Positions 19,956-27,850 of a stretch of 64,000 nucleotides of DNA are shown here, in pieces. The position numbers and the translations under genes were made by a program. The stretch lies in assembly GCA_031288225.1 (NCBI GenBank), contig JAITRU010000027.1, positions 9,740-73,739 on the forward strand, given 5' to 3'. The notes beneath the pieces were generated by a model. It did no database searches. It had not been told where the DNA came from and saw only the letters and a list, made by a program, of their open reading frames with translations. The DNA comes from Holosporaceae bacterium. GTDB lineage: Bacteria > Pseudomonadota > Alphaproteobacteria > UBA3830. The first letter of the stretch is position 1. Each line of letters begins with the position of its first letter.

Positions 19956-20170
19956 ACTCAATAAATCATAACATTTCGCTTGCTAAAAAAAAAGAGATTT
20001 TTAGATAAAAATATTTTTTCTTTTAAACAAAACTTTGCAACAAACAAAGCTGATAATTATACGTTTTATTAAGTTTGATCACCAAAAGTTAACGGTAAGT
20101 TTTCTATTGCCGTGAAAAACTGGCCAGATTCACGCCTGGCATTACCAAGAAATTATTAGAAATCAGCACG

Positions 20171-20875
20171 TCATCCAACATTCCAATTGCATAACTCCCG
20201 CAGGACACAGTTTGCGCAATCTGGTCTTTTTGCTTTACAAACATAGCGTCCGTGTAGTACAAGCATGTTTCCAATTAATCGTTTGTATTTTTTAGGAATT
20301 ATTCTTTCCAAATCCATTTCAACAACGAGAGGATTTGTGCTCCTAGACAAATCCAACCTTTTGCTAACCCGCAAAACATGCGTATCAACGGCGATTACGT
20401 CTTGTCCAAATAATGTGTTCAGCACAACATTTGCTGTTTTGCGACCAACTCCAGGTAAGCTCTCCAATTGAGAACGATTTTGGGGAATTTTGCCTCCGTA
20501 TTCTTCCTGCAAAGCCTGCGTTAACCTCATGATAAATTTAGCTTTATTTCGATAAAGACCTATGGACTTTATTTCGTTTTGCAATTTTTCCAATCCCAGC
20601 GCCATGATATCGTCGGGAGTTTTGCATTTGCGAAATAACTCAGAAGTAACCCTGTTAACCTGTACGTCAGTGGTTTGAGCAGATAAAACGACGGCAACCA
20701 AAAAAGCGTACTCGGACATGTATTCCAACTCTGTCTTGGCGTTGGGAAATTGCCGCATCAATCTTCGACAAACAGTCTCCACTCTTCCAAATTCAGACAT
20801 AGCCCCATCACGACAATTGGACACAAAACCAGCAATCACAACCTTTTCGTTGTGATATATTCCGGAACTTTCCAT
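20171..20875 (-). CDS. nth: Endonuclease III
   Basis: HhH-GPD motif (LPGVGRKTANVV, D at VDTHV) and a C-terminal 4Fe-4S cluster, CKAKRPDCANCVLRELC. Confidence 0.92.
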   Translation of the reverse strand: MESSGIYHNEKVVIAGFVSNCRDGAMSEFGRVETVCRRLMRQFPNAKTELEYMSEYAFLVAVVLSAQTTDVQVNRVTSELFRKCKTPDDIMALGLEKLQNEIKSIGLYRNKAKFIMRLTQALQEEYGGKIPQNRSQLESLPGVGRKTANVVLNTLFGQDVIAVDTHVLRVSKRLDLSRSTNPLVVEMDLERIIPKKYKRLIGNMLVLHGRYVCKAKRPDCANCVLRELCNWNVG

Positions 20876-20924
20876 AACCCAATATCACCGGCACCAAATA
20901 ATGCAAATGCGGGAAAAGGAAAAA

Positions 20925-20999
20925 TGGTGGACGCTGCAGGGATCGAACCTGCGGCCCTTACCGTGTGAAGGTAATGCTCTACCGCTGAGCTAAGCGTCC
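20925..20999 (-). tRNA. tRNA-Val (anticodon CAC), CCA encoded
   Basis: Manual cloverleaf on the minus strand: acceptor GGACGCT/AGCGTCC, D stem GCTC/GAGC, anticodon stem TTACC/GGTAA with loop TTCACAC, T stem GCAGG/CCTGC with loop TTCGATC, 3' ACCA. Confidence 0.9.
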
Positions 21000-21087
21000 A
21001 AAAACCTTCCGCTGTTATCCGGGAGAACAGAACAATTCTCCTCCGTAGATCTGGATTATAGCATTATACCTGATTCTGATACAAATT

Positions 21088-21117
21088 AGACTTTCTGCAA
21101 AAGTGAATTTGAGTTAA
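21088..21117. repeat. Solo terminal repeat related to the ends of the IS remnant at 41511-42117
   Basis: gactttctgcaaaagtgaatttgagtt matches gagtttctgcaaaag (41511-41525) and the reverse complement of caactcaaattcactttcgcagaaaatc (42091-42118). Confidence 0.7.
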
Positions 21118-21134
21118 TGAATTAAAAGTATCTG

Positions 21135-21470
21135 GTAACGCGAATTATGGATTAGAATGCTCGTATTTCAAGGCATTCAAATGCTTGATTAAACATTCTT
21201 GTGGCTTTAAAAAGTAATAAAAATCTGAAAGTTCAGCATTTACTTCGATTATTTTGAATAATTTCCCCAACCAAAAAGACAGAAAAACTATGTAAATTTC
21301 CAGTACTAGCTGAAGTATGAACGATCTAATCCATAATTCGCGTTACAAGGACAAAACAACGCTGTGATATCTTTTTTCATGGCTAATCTCCTTAAAATTC
21401 ACCCGGATTTTAGCCTTTTCTTCTACTGTTTCAATACTTCTAATCCATAATTCGCGTTACAAGGACAAAA
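21135..21470. repeat. Cluster of three copies of a 21-32 bp repeat (one inverted, two direct)
   Basis: gtaacgcgaattatggattag lies at 21135-21155. Its reverse complement lies within tctaatccataattcgcgttacaaggacaaaa at 21325-21356 and again at 21439-21470 (32-bp exact direct repeat). Confidence 0.85.
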
Positions 21471-21739
21471 GCTAATATTTCATGCTCAAGAGCAGCTTTG
21501 GAGATCGGGAAATTGGGCTGGACGAGGCTTTTCATTTGAAAAAGCGCTTCAGACAACCATCAACCAAAGCCAGGGTGCTTCGTGAAATTCATCTAAAAGA
21601 CCTGAAAATCCAACACGTTATTCCAAAGTTTTTTATCTTGTATGTGTCAATTCTTTTTTTCATGCGCAGGCTGCATAGCAGCCTGGACAATTCCTTGTAA
21701 TTTTTTCTACTTATGTGTATAAAGTATATGTTCTTCCTG

Positions 21740-21975
21740 ATGATCGGGCAGTGGAGATTTTTCGATTATCGGCCACCAATGGTGGACGGTTAATATGTTG
21801 GGAAGAATTGGCGAGACGGCTCAGCGCCTTCTTGTCCAACTAGGCACGCAAAAATTGGATAAGCAAATAGTTTGCCTTGTCCGTTCGGTCCTGGTAGTTG
21901 GCCTCTTGATCTGTTGTTGATCTTTTCGCCATCACCTGGTGATGTGTTTTTGCGGAGGTTTAACCGAAGAAGGAA
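21740..21975 (+). promoter_or_regulatory. Candidate structured 5' leader of rpsB
   Basis: Locally GC-richer stretch with several consecutive hairpins: ccaccaatggtgg, gttgggaagaa...ttcttgtccaac, aggca...tgcct, gatctgttgttgatc, catcacctggtgatg. It ends at the rpsB RBS. Confidence 0.3.
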
Positions 21976-21981
21976 AAGATT

Positions 21982-22869
21982 ATGTTAATGGAAGTATCTC
22001 TGGAAAAGTTGTTTGAGGTCGGTGTGCACTTCGGCCATCGGGCAAGGCGTTGGAATCCCAAAATGGCTCCATATATATTTGGAACCAAGGATAAAGTGCA
22101 TATCATCAATCTTGATAAAACCGCTACTATGCTGCGGGAAGCCATGAATGTTGTGCGGAATATTGCTGCAGACGGCGGTCGTATTCTGTTTGTGGGAACC
22201 AAAAGACAGGCCAGTGAGCGAATTGCTGAAGCTGCCAACAGGTGCGGACAGTATTATGTAAATCACCGCTGGTTGGGTGGGATGTTAACTAACTGGAAAA
22301 CGGTTTCTCAATCCCTAAAAAAATTGGAAAAATTAGAAAAAAGATTAAATGACCAAGAGGTTATTCTGAAAAAGAAAGAAATTCTGCAGTTGCAGCGCGG
22401 CATTGATAAACTGAATAAAGCGCTCGGCGGTGTGCGTCGAATGGGTGGAATTCCGTCTTTGCTATTTGTGGTTGATACGAACATAGACAGAACGGCAGTG
22501 GAAGAGGCTCGGGTACTTGATATTCCGGTTGTTGGCATATGCGATACAAATTCCGATCCAACAATCATTGACTATCCAATCCCCGGCAATGATGATTCCA
22601 TTCGTGCGATAGATTTATATTGCTCACTGTTTGAAAGTGCTGTAATTGAGGGCATTCAGCAGGGACTTGTTTCGGCTGGCGTTGATGTTGGAGCATTGGA
22701 AACAAGTGTGGAAGAAATAATTTCCGGGGATAATGATAGTGCCACCGTTGATGAGGCTGCTCAGGATAATGTAAATGCTGACACCAATTCCCTAGAATTC
22801 AGTGAAGGAATTGCCGATGAATTAACTTCGGAGGGTTCTGGTGGTAATGGCTCGGCAGATGCATCTTGA
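21982..22869 (+). CDS. rpsB: 30S ribosomal protein S2 with a C-terminal acidic extension
   Basis: LFEVGVHFGH..RRWNPKM, FVGTKRQA, and WLGGMLTNW motifs. Confidence 0.95.
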   Translation: MLMEVSLEKLFEVGVHFGHRARRWNPKMAPYIFGTKDKVHIINLDKTATMLREAMNVVRNIAADGGRILFVGTKRQASERIAEAANRCGQYYVNHRWLGGMLTNWKTVSQSLKKLEKLEKRLNDQEVILKKKEILQLQRGIDKLNKALGGVRRMGGIPSLLFVVDTNIDRTAVEEARVLDIPVVGICDTNSDPTIIDYPIPGNDDSIRAIDLYCSLFESAVIEGIQQGLVSAGVDVGALETSVEEIISGDNDSATVDEAAQDNVNADTNSLEFSEGIADELTSEGSGGNGSADAS

Positions 22870-22943
22870 ATGATAACAATTGGGTAATTATTTTATGCAG
22901 CGTATTTAGGCAAATTAATTGAAGTTTTAGGATCGATGAGAGG

Positions 22944-23876
22944 ATGGGGGTTATGTCAAAACTGAATATGGATGACGTAAGGGTTTTACGTGAGCGAACA
23001 GGTTCCGGAATGATGGACTGTAAAAATGCTCTTGTGGAATGTGGTGGCGATATCGAAGGTGCCATTGATTGGCTACGAAAAAAGGGGCTAGCATCTGCTG
23101 CTAAAAAATCCAGCAGAATTGCCGCCGAAGGTTTAATCTGTGTTTGCGTAAATGGAACGTCTGGAACCTTGGTGGAGGTAAATGCCGAGACGGACTTTGT
23201 GGCTCGTAACGAGCTTTTCCAAGCCTATGTCAACGATGTTGCTAAAATTGCCTTGGAAAAAAAGTGCGATGTGATAGCTCTTAGGGATTGCGCATATCCG
23301 AAGACTGGGCGTTCCGTTGCAGACGAATTATCGAACCTCATAGCCGTTGTGGGTGAAAATATGAATCTGCGTCGAGTGGCTCATGTTTCTGTGTCTGATG
23401 GGGTTGTGGCTGTCTATGTGCATAATAAAATTGCGGATAATTTGGGAAAAATTGGCGTGTTGGTTGGTTTTGAATCAAAAGGAAATAAAGCTGTTTTGAT
23501 GGATTTGGGGCATAAAATCGCCATGCACATTGCGGCAGCTAATCCGCTGTCCATCACCATAGAAGGTCTTGATCCTGCTTTGGTTGAAAGGGAGCGTTCA
23601 GTTGCGATTGAACAAACACGAAACATGGGGAGACCGGAGAATGTTGCGGAGAAAATAGCTGATGGTCGTATGCGCAAATTCCATGAAGAGGTGGTGCTGT
23701 TGGAGCAGTTTTTTGTTGTGGATAATAAGGTGCGGGTGAAGGAATTCCTGGAAGCAGCGGAAAAAGAACTTGGCACTCCGGTAACAATTTCCAAATTTGA
23801 AAAATTTGCTCTTGGAGATGGCATTGAAAAACAATCGGTTGATTTTGCTGCGGAAGTTGCGGCGCAGTTAACTTAG
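22944..23876 (+). CDS. tsf: Elongation factor Ts
   Basis: VRVLRERTGSGMMDCKNALVECGGDIEGAIDWLRKKG UBA-like N-terminus. The start could be ATG 22953. Confidence 0.95.
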   Translation: MGVMSKLNMDDVRVLRERTGSGMMDCKNALVECGGDIEGAIDWLRKKGLASAAKKSSRIAAEGLICVCVNGTSGTLVEVNAETDFVARNELFQAYVNDVAKIALEKKCDVIALRDCAYPKTGRSVADELSNLIAVVGENMNLRRVAHVSVSDGVVAVYVHNKIADNLGKIGVLVGFESKGNKAVLMDLGHKIAMHIAAANPLSITIEGLDPALVERERSVAIEQTRNMGRPENVAEKIADGRMRKFHEEVVLLEQFFVVDNKVRVKEFLEAAEKELGTPVTISKFEKFALGDGIEKQSVDFAAEVAAQLT

Positions 23877-23945
23877 TTTTGCGATTTTTGTTTACTTCAT
23901 GATTTTGTTGGATTTGTATTGTGTTCTAGCTGGGTTTGTGGGGTT

Positions 23946-24692
23946 ATGGATAGAAAATATCATCGCATTTTGCTGAAAATTTCCGGCGAGTTCCTGATGG
24001 GAGATTTGGATTTTGGCCTAGATGTCAAAACCATAGATCGCATAGCTAACGAGGTCAGTGTTGCTCACAGCAATGGCTATGAGATCTGCATCGTAATAGG
24101 TGGTGGAAATATTTTTCGCGGAGTTTCAGCGGCATCCTACGGTATGCACAGAGCTGCAGCGGATAACATAGGTATGCTAGCTACCGTTATGAATTCTGTT
24201 GCATTCCAGAATTCTCTGGAAAAATTTGGTGTATCGTCTCGGGTAATGTCAGCGATTGTGATGCCGACTGTCTGTGAACCATATGTGCGCAGAAAAGCTC
24301 TGCGGCACATGGAAAAGCGTCGAGTGGTCATCTGCGCTGCCGGATCCGGCAATCCATACTTTACAACGGATACCGCAGCGGCACTGCGTGCCCTTGAAAT
24401 TGGCTGTGATGTGATCATGAAAGCTACAAAAGTACAGGGAGTTTATACGTCTGACCCAGAGAAAAGCGCAGATGCGCAGTTCATGGAGAAAATTTCCTAC
24501 AGAGAAGTAATCGAAAAAGACATAAGGGTCATGGACCATACAGCGATATCCCTAGCCCGGGAAAACAAAATTCCAATTATTGTCTTTTCCATAAAAGAGG
24601 AAGGAAATTTATGTGATGTGTTGTCAGGAAATGGCCATTACTCCACAATAGTGCCAGATGATGGCGATAGTTCGCGAGGTAAAGATGATTGA
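23946..24692 (+). CDS. pyrH: UMP kinase
   Basis: YHRILLKISGE, VIGGGNIFRG, and AAGSGNPYFTTD motifs. I prefer ATG 23946 over the track's TTG at 23919. Confidence 0.92.
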   Translation: MDRKYHRILLKISGEFLMGDLDFGLDVKTIDRIANEVSVAHSNGYEICIVIGGGNIFRGVSAASYGMHRAAADNIGMLATVMNSVAFQNSLEKFGVSSRVMSAIVMPTVCEPYVRRKALRHMEKRRVVICAAGSGNPYFTTDTAAALRALEIGCDVIMKATKVQGVYTSDPEKSADAQFMEKISYREVIEKDIRVMDHTAISLARENKIPIIVFSIKEEGNLCDVLSGNGHYSTIVPDDGDSSRGKDD

Positions 24693-25245
24693 TGATATAC
24701 TGCTGGAAAATTTGAGAAAGAAAATGAATGTGAGTTTCGATGTTTTGCTCAAGAATTTTAGTGGGTTGAGAACCGGTAGGGCTTCCGTAATGATTCTGGA
24801 TAATATTATGGTTGAGGCCTACGGGGATCGCGTGCCCATACAACAAGTTGGCACAGTAAATGTGCCGGAAGCTAAACTATTAACGGTGCAGGTATGGGAT
24901 TCCTCACTAATAAAAGCAACCGAAGCAGCCATAAGGAATGCTTCACTCGGATTAAATCCTGTTATTGAAGGCCAATTGATTCGCATACCCATTCCGGATC
25001 TAAGCGAGGAAAGAAGACAGGAAATATGCAAATTGGCCGGAAAATACGCAGAACAATCGAAGATTTCCATGAGAAATGTCAGAAAAGATGGTATGGATAA
25101 GATAAAAAAGCAGGAAAAGAACAAGGAAATCACGGAAGATGAGTACAAAAGGATATCCGATGATATCCAAAAATTAACGGACGAGCTCATAAAAAAAATA
25201 GACGAGGCATTTTCTGTAAAGGAAAAAGAAATAATGAAAGTATAA
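24685..25245 (+). CDS. frr: Ribosome recycling factor
   Basis: LRTGRAS, IPIPDLSEERRQE, and MRNVRKDGMD patterns. ATG 24685 has the RBS gaggt and overlaps the pyrH stop by 8 nt. Confidence 0.92.
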   Translation: MIDDILLENLRKKMNVSFDVLLKNFSGLRTGRASVMILDNIMVEAYGDRVPIQQVGTVNVPEAKLLTVQVWDSSLIKATEAAIRNASLGLNPVIEGQLIRIPIPDLSEERRQEICKLAGKYAEQSKISMRNVRKDGMDKIKKQEKNKEITEDEYKRISDDIQKLTDELIKKIDEAFSVKEKEIMKV

Positions 25246-25248
25246 GAG

Positions 25249-25944
25249 ATGAGCAGCAACGCGCTACAGCATCTCGCTTTTATTTTGGACGGAAATCGTA
25301 GATGGGCTGAATTGAATGGTGTTTCGGTGAATGATGGTCACCGGTCTGGTGGTGAGCGCGTTCGTGAAATAACGTCGCTGTTGCCTGGATATGGCATAAG
25401 GTATGTTACTTACTACTTGTTTTCGACGGAGAATTGGCATAGGCCTAAGCAGGAAGTTGATTTTTTAATGAGTTTTTTTTGTGAAATTTTTGATAATTTT
25501 GACCAGGCTTGTAAAAATAATGTACGATTTCTGACCATCGGAAACACCGCAATACTACCAGTAAATACAAAAACAACTCTGCAGCGTCTCGTGGATAAAA
25601 CCAAAAATAGCACCGAATTGACTATTATTATAGCTATAAATTATTCTGGAAGGGATGAAATAATTCGCGCAACAAAAAAAATTGCTTCTGATATAATGGA
25701 TGGGAAGATGAATGTCCAGGACATAACAGAGAAAAGTTTTGAATCCTACATGGATACGCGAGATATTCCTTTTCCCGATGCCATCGTACGCACCAGTGAA
25801 AAACGCATAAGCAATTTCCTAATTTGGCAAATGGCCTATTCCGAGATGTTTTTTGTTAATAAATATTGGCCAGACTTTAATGCGGAAGATTTGAGAAGTA
25901 TTATTCATGAATATTCCAGTAGAAAGAGAAGATATGGCCGGTGA
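25249..25944 (+). CDS. uppS: Undecaprenyl diphosphate synthase
   Basis: HLAFILDGNRRWA, TYYLFSTENW.RP, NYSGRDEI, and IRTSEKRISNFLIWQ motifs. Confidence 0.93.
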   Translation: MSSNALQHLAFILDGNRRWAELNGVSVNDGHRSGGERVREITSLLPGYGIRYVTYYLFSTENWHRPKQEVDFLMSFFCEIFDNFDQACKNNVRFLTIGNTAILPVNTKTTLQRLVDKTKNSTELTIIIAINYSGRDEIIRATKKIASDIMDGKMNVQDITEKSFESYMDTRDIPFPDAIVRTSEKRISNFLIWQMAYSEMFFVNKYWPDFNAEDLRSIIHEYSSRKRRYGR

Positions 25945-26695
25945 TGAAATTTTAATTAGCAAATGTTGTGTAGATGACGATGGCGGAAGTCGTCAAATGA
26001 ATATGTCCAGTGAATCGTCGATTAGGGGAAAATCAAAAGAGTTGCTGATGCGTTTGCTGTCATCTCTAATGTTTATTCCTTTTGTGTTTTTCCTGTGTTC
26101 TGTTTCCAATACCGTATTTTGTGTACTGTGTGTAGTCGTATATGCTATGATCGTTTTCGAGATTTATTCCATTCGTGGTAATTTTCGCGGAAAATGGCCG
26201 GAGTGCTTTGCCGCTTTATCGATTTCCTTGGTTGGAATAGCTTCTTTTATGTATTGTCGCGCATTTTATGGCATAGCAGGCAGTGTGTTTTTGATATGCA
26301 TGGCTAGTTTTTGTGATATTGGAGCTTATTTGTTCGGAAAAATATTAGGTGGACCGAGATTATGTCCTCGGATTAGCCCTAACAAAACCTGGGCTGGCAT
26401 GTTTGGCGGCATCATTACCGCCAATGTTGCGTTTCTTTGCCTGGAGGGTTTATTTTTGCGCTTATCTTTGGGAGAGCCTTTCTTTCCTCTTATTTTTTCC
26501 TGGTCGGGTTTCTGGACAGTCCAATGCATAATTATCGCTTCGGTTGCTGGAGATTTGTTGGAATCGTTATTTAAACGTAGAATAAAGGTTAAGGATATGG
26601 GGAAGCTACTCCCTGGTCATGGTGGAGTTATGGATAGACTTGACAGCTTGATTTTTGCATCCATTGTATTTTTATTTCTGGTGTTAGTATTTTAG
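25934..26695 (+). CDS. cdsA: Phosphatidate cytidylyltransferase
   Basis: C-terminal CTP-transferase signature (SLFKRRIKVKDMGKLLPGHGGVMDRLDS). Start is uncertain: ATG 25934 overlaps the uppS stop; the track gives 25907. Confidence 0.88.
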   Translation: MAGDEILISKCCVDDDGGSRQMNMSSESSIRGKSKELLMRLLSSLMFIPFVFFLCSVSNTVFCVLCVVVYAMIVFEIYSIRGNFRGKWPECFAALSISLVGIASFMYCRAFYGIAGSVFLICMASFCDIGAYLFGKILGGPRLCPRISPNKTWAGMFGGIITANVAFLCLEGLFLRLSLGEPFFPLIFSWSGFWTVQCIIIASVAGDLLESLFKRRIKVKDMGKLLPGHGGVMDRLDSLIFASIVFLFLVLVF

Positions 26696-26708
26696 GGGGA
26701 TATACCTT

Positions 26709-27842
26709 ATGGATATGCTGTACTACATAATTTCATTTCTCGTAATCATAAATGTTATCGTCTTTGTTCATGAGGTTGGACATTATTTGGCAGCTAGAAA
26801 AATCGGTGCAAGGGTGATGAAATTTTCCATCGGCATGGGACCGGAGTTATGCGGATTTGATGATAAGCGTGGAACACGTTGGTGCTTTTCGATATTACCC
26901 GTTGGTGGATATGTAATGATGCTCGGTGATGCAGATGCTTCTTCCATGACAACGGATGATGAGTTGTTGAATGAACTAAATGAAACAGAAAAATCGCAAG
27001 CCTTAGCAAATAAAAGTAATTTTGAAAAAATGTTGGTGGCCTTTTGTGGTCCATTTGCGAACTATTTATACGCATTTTTGGTAATTATAATATTGAGTAT
27101 CAGCAGTGGAGTGCCATTCCATGAACCGACAATTGGGTCAGTTTTGCCAGGCAGTGCTGCGGAAAAGGCTTGTATTATACCCGGAGATAAGGTTTTGTCT
27201 GTGAATGGTCAGAGAGTCGAAAAATATCGAGATGTTGTTAGGGCTGTATTTGATAGTACGGATGAAAAAGTACATCTTGTCCTCGAGCGCGAAGGTAAAC
27301 AACTGGCCATTGATGTGGTGCCGGATCTGATTGAGAAAAAGAAAATTTTTGGTAAAAACAAAAAAATAAAGCAGCTTGGCATAAGGTCTGCTGAGCCGAT
27401 TTTAATCAAAAAAACTTTTTTGGAAGCCGTCGGCTATGCTTTTTGTGAATGCTTGTCTTCCACGAAGGAGATTTTGGCAGGCCTTGGCGATTTGTTCACT
27501 GCCAAGAGAGGCTTGGATGATTTTGGCGGGATTGTGCACATGGCTTCGGTGGCCGGTGATATCGCGAAGGATGGCAATCTCATCCTATTAATCATGTATA
27601 CGGTAACGTTATCCTTGAACCTTGGATTACTTAATCTGTTACCACTGCCGGTGCTGGACGGTGGAACGATATTAATTGTTTTTCTTGAGCAGGTTTTCCG
27701 GCGAAAACTTAACAAAAAGTTATTAGAGTATATAATGGCGGGGTGTGCTGCATTTTTTATATTTATTATGGCTGTAGTTGTGGTTAATGATGTTTTACGC
27801 ATTGGATGTGTAAGTAGTTTTCTATCAAAAATATTTGGGTGA
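26709..27842 (+). CDS. rseP: RIP zinc metalloprotease RseP
   Basis: HEVGHY zinc motif, central PDZ-like region, and LNLLPLPVLDGG motif. Confidence 0.92.
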   Translation: MDMLYYIISFLVIINVIVFVHEVGHYLAARKIGARVMKFSIGMGPELCGFDDKRGTRWCFSILPVGGYVMMLGDADASSMTTDDELLNELNETEKSQALANKSNFEKMLVAFCGPFANYLYAFLVIIILSISSGVPFHEPTIGSVLPGSAAEKACIIPGDKVLSVNGQRVEKYRDVVRAVFDSTDEKVHLVLEREGKQLAIDVVPDLIEKKKIFGKNKKIKQLGIRSAEPILIKKTFLEAVGYAFCECLSSTKEILAGLGDLFTAKRGLDDFGGIVHMASVAGDIAKDGNLILLIMYTVTLSLNLGLLNLLPLPVLDGGTILIVFLEQVFRRKLNKKLLEYIMAGCAAFFIFIMAVVVVNDVLRIGCVSSFLSKIFG

Positions 27843-27850
27843 TTTTTTAA

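Noticed and set aside
21325-21470. Two exact 32-bp direct repeats separated by 82 bp; considered as a minimal CRISPR array.
   Set aside because: There are only two direct copies plus a third copy in inverted orientation. The spacer is too long, and there are no cas genes or leader-like context in the window. This fits mobile-element debris better.
21482-21700. 72-aa ORF (MLKSSFGDREIGLDEAFHLKKRF...) in the tRNA-Val/rpsB spacer.
   Set aside because: No convincing RBS and no family resemblance, and the C-terminal half is a low-complexity hydrophobic string. It may be a gene fragment, but it is not supportable as a CDS.
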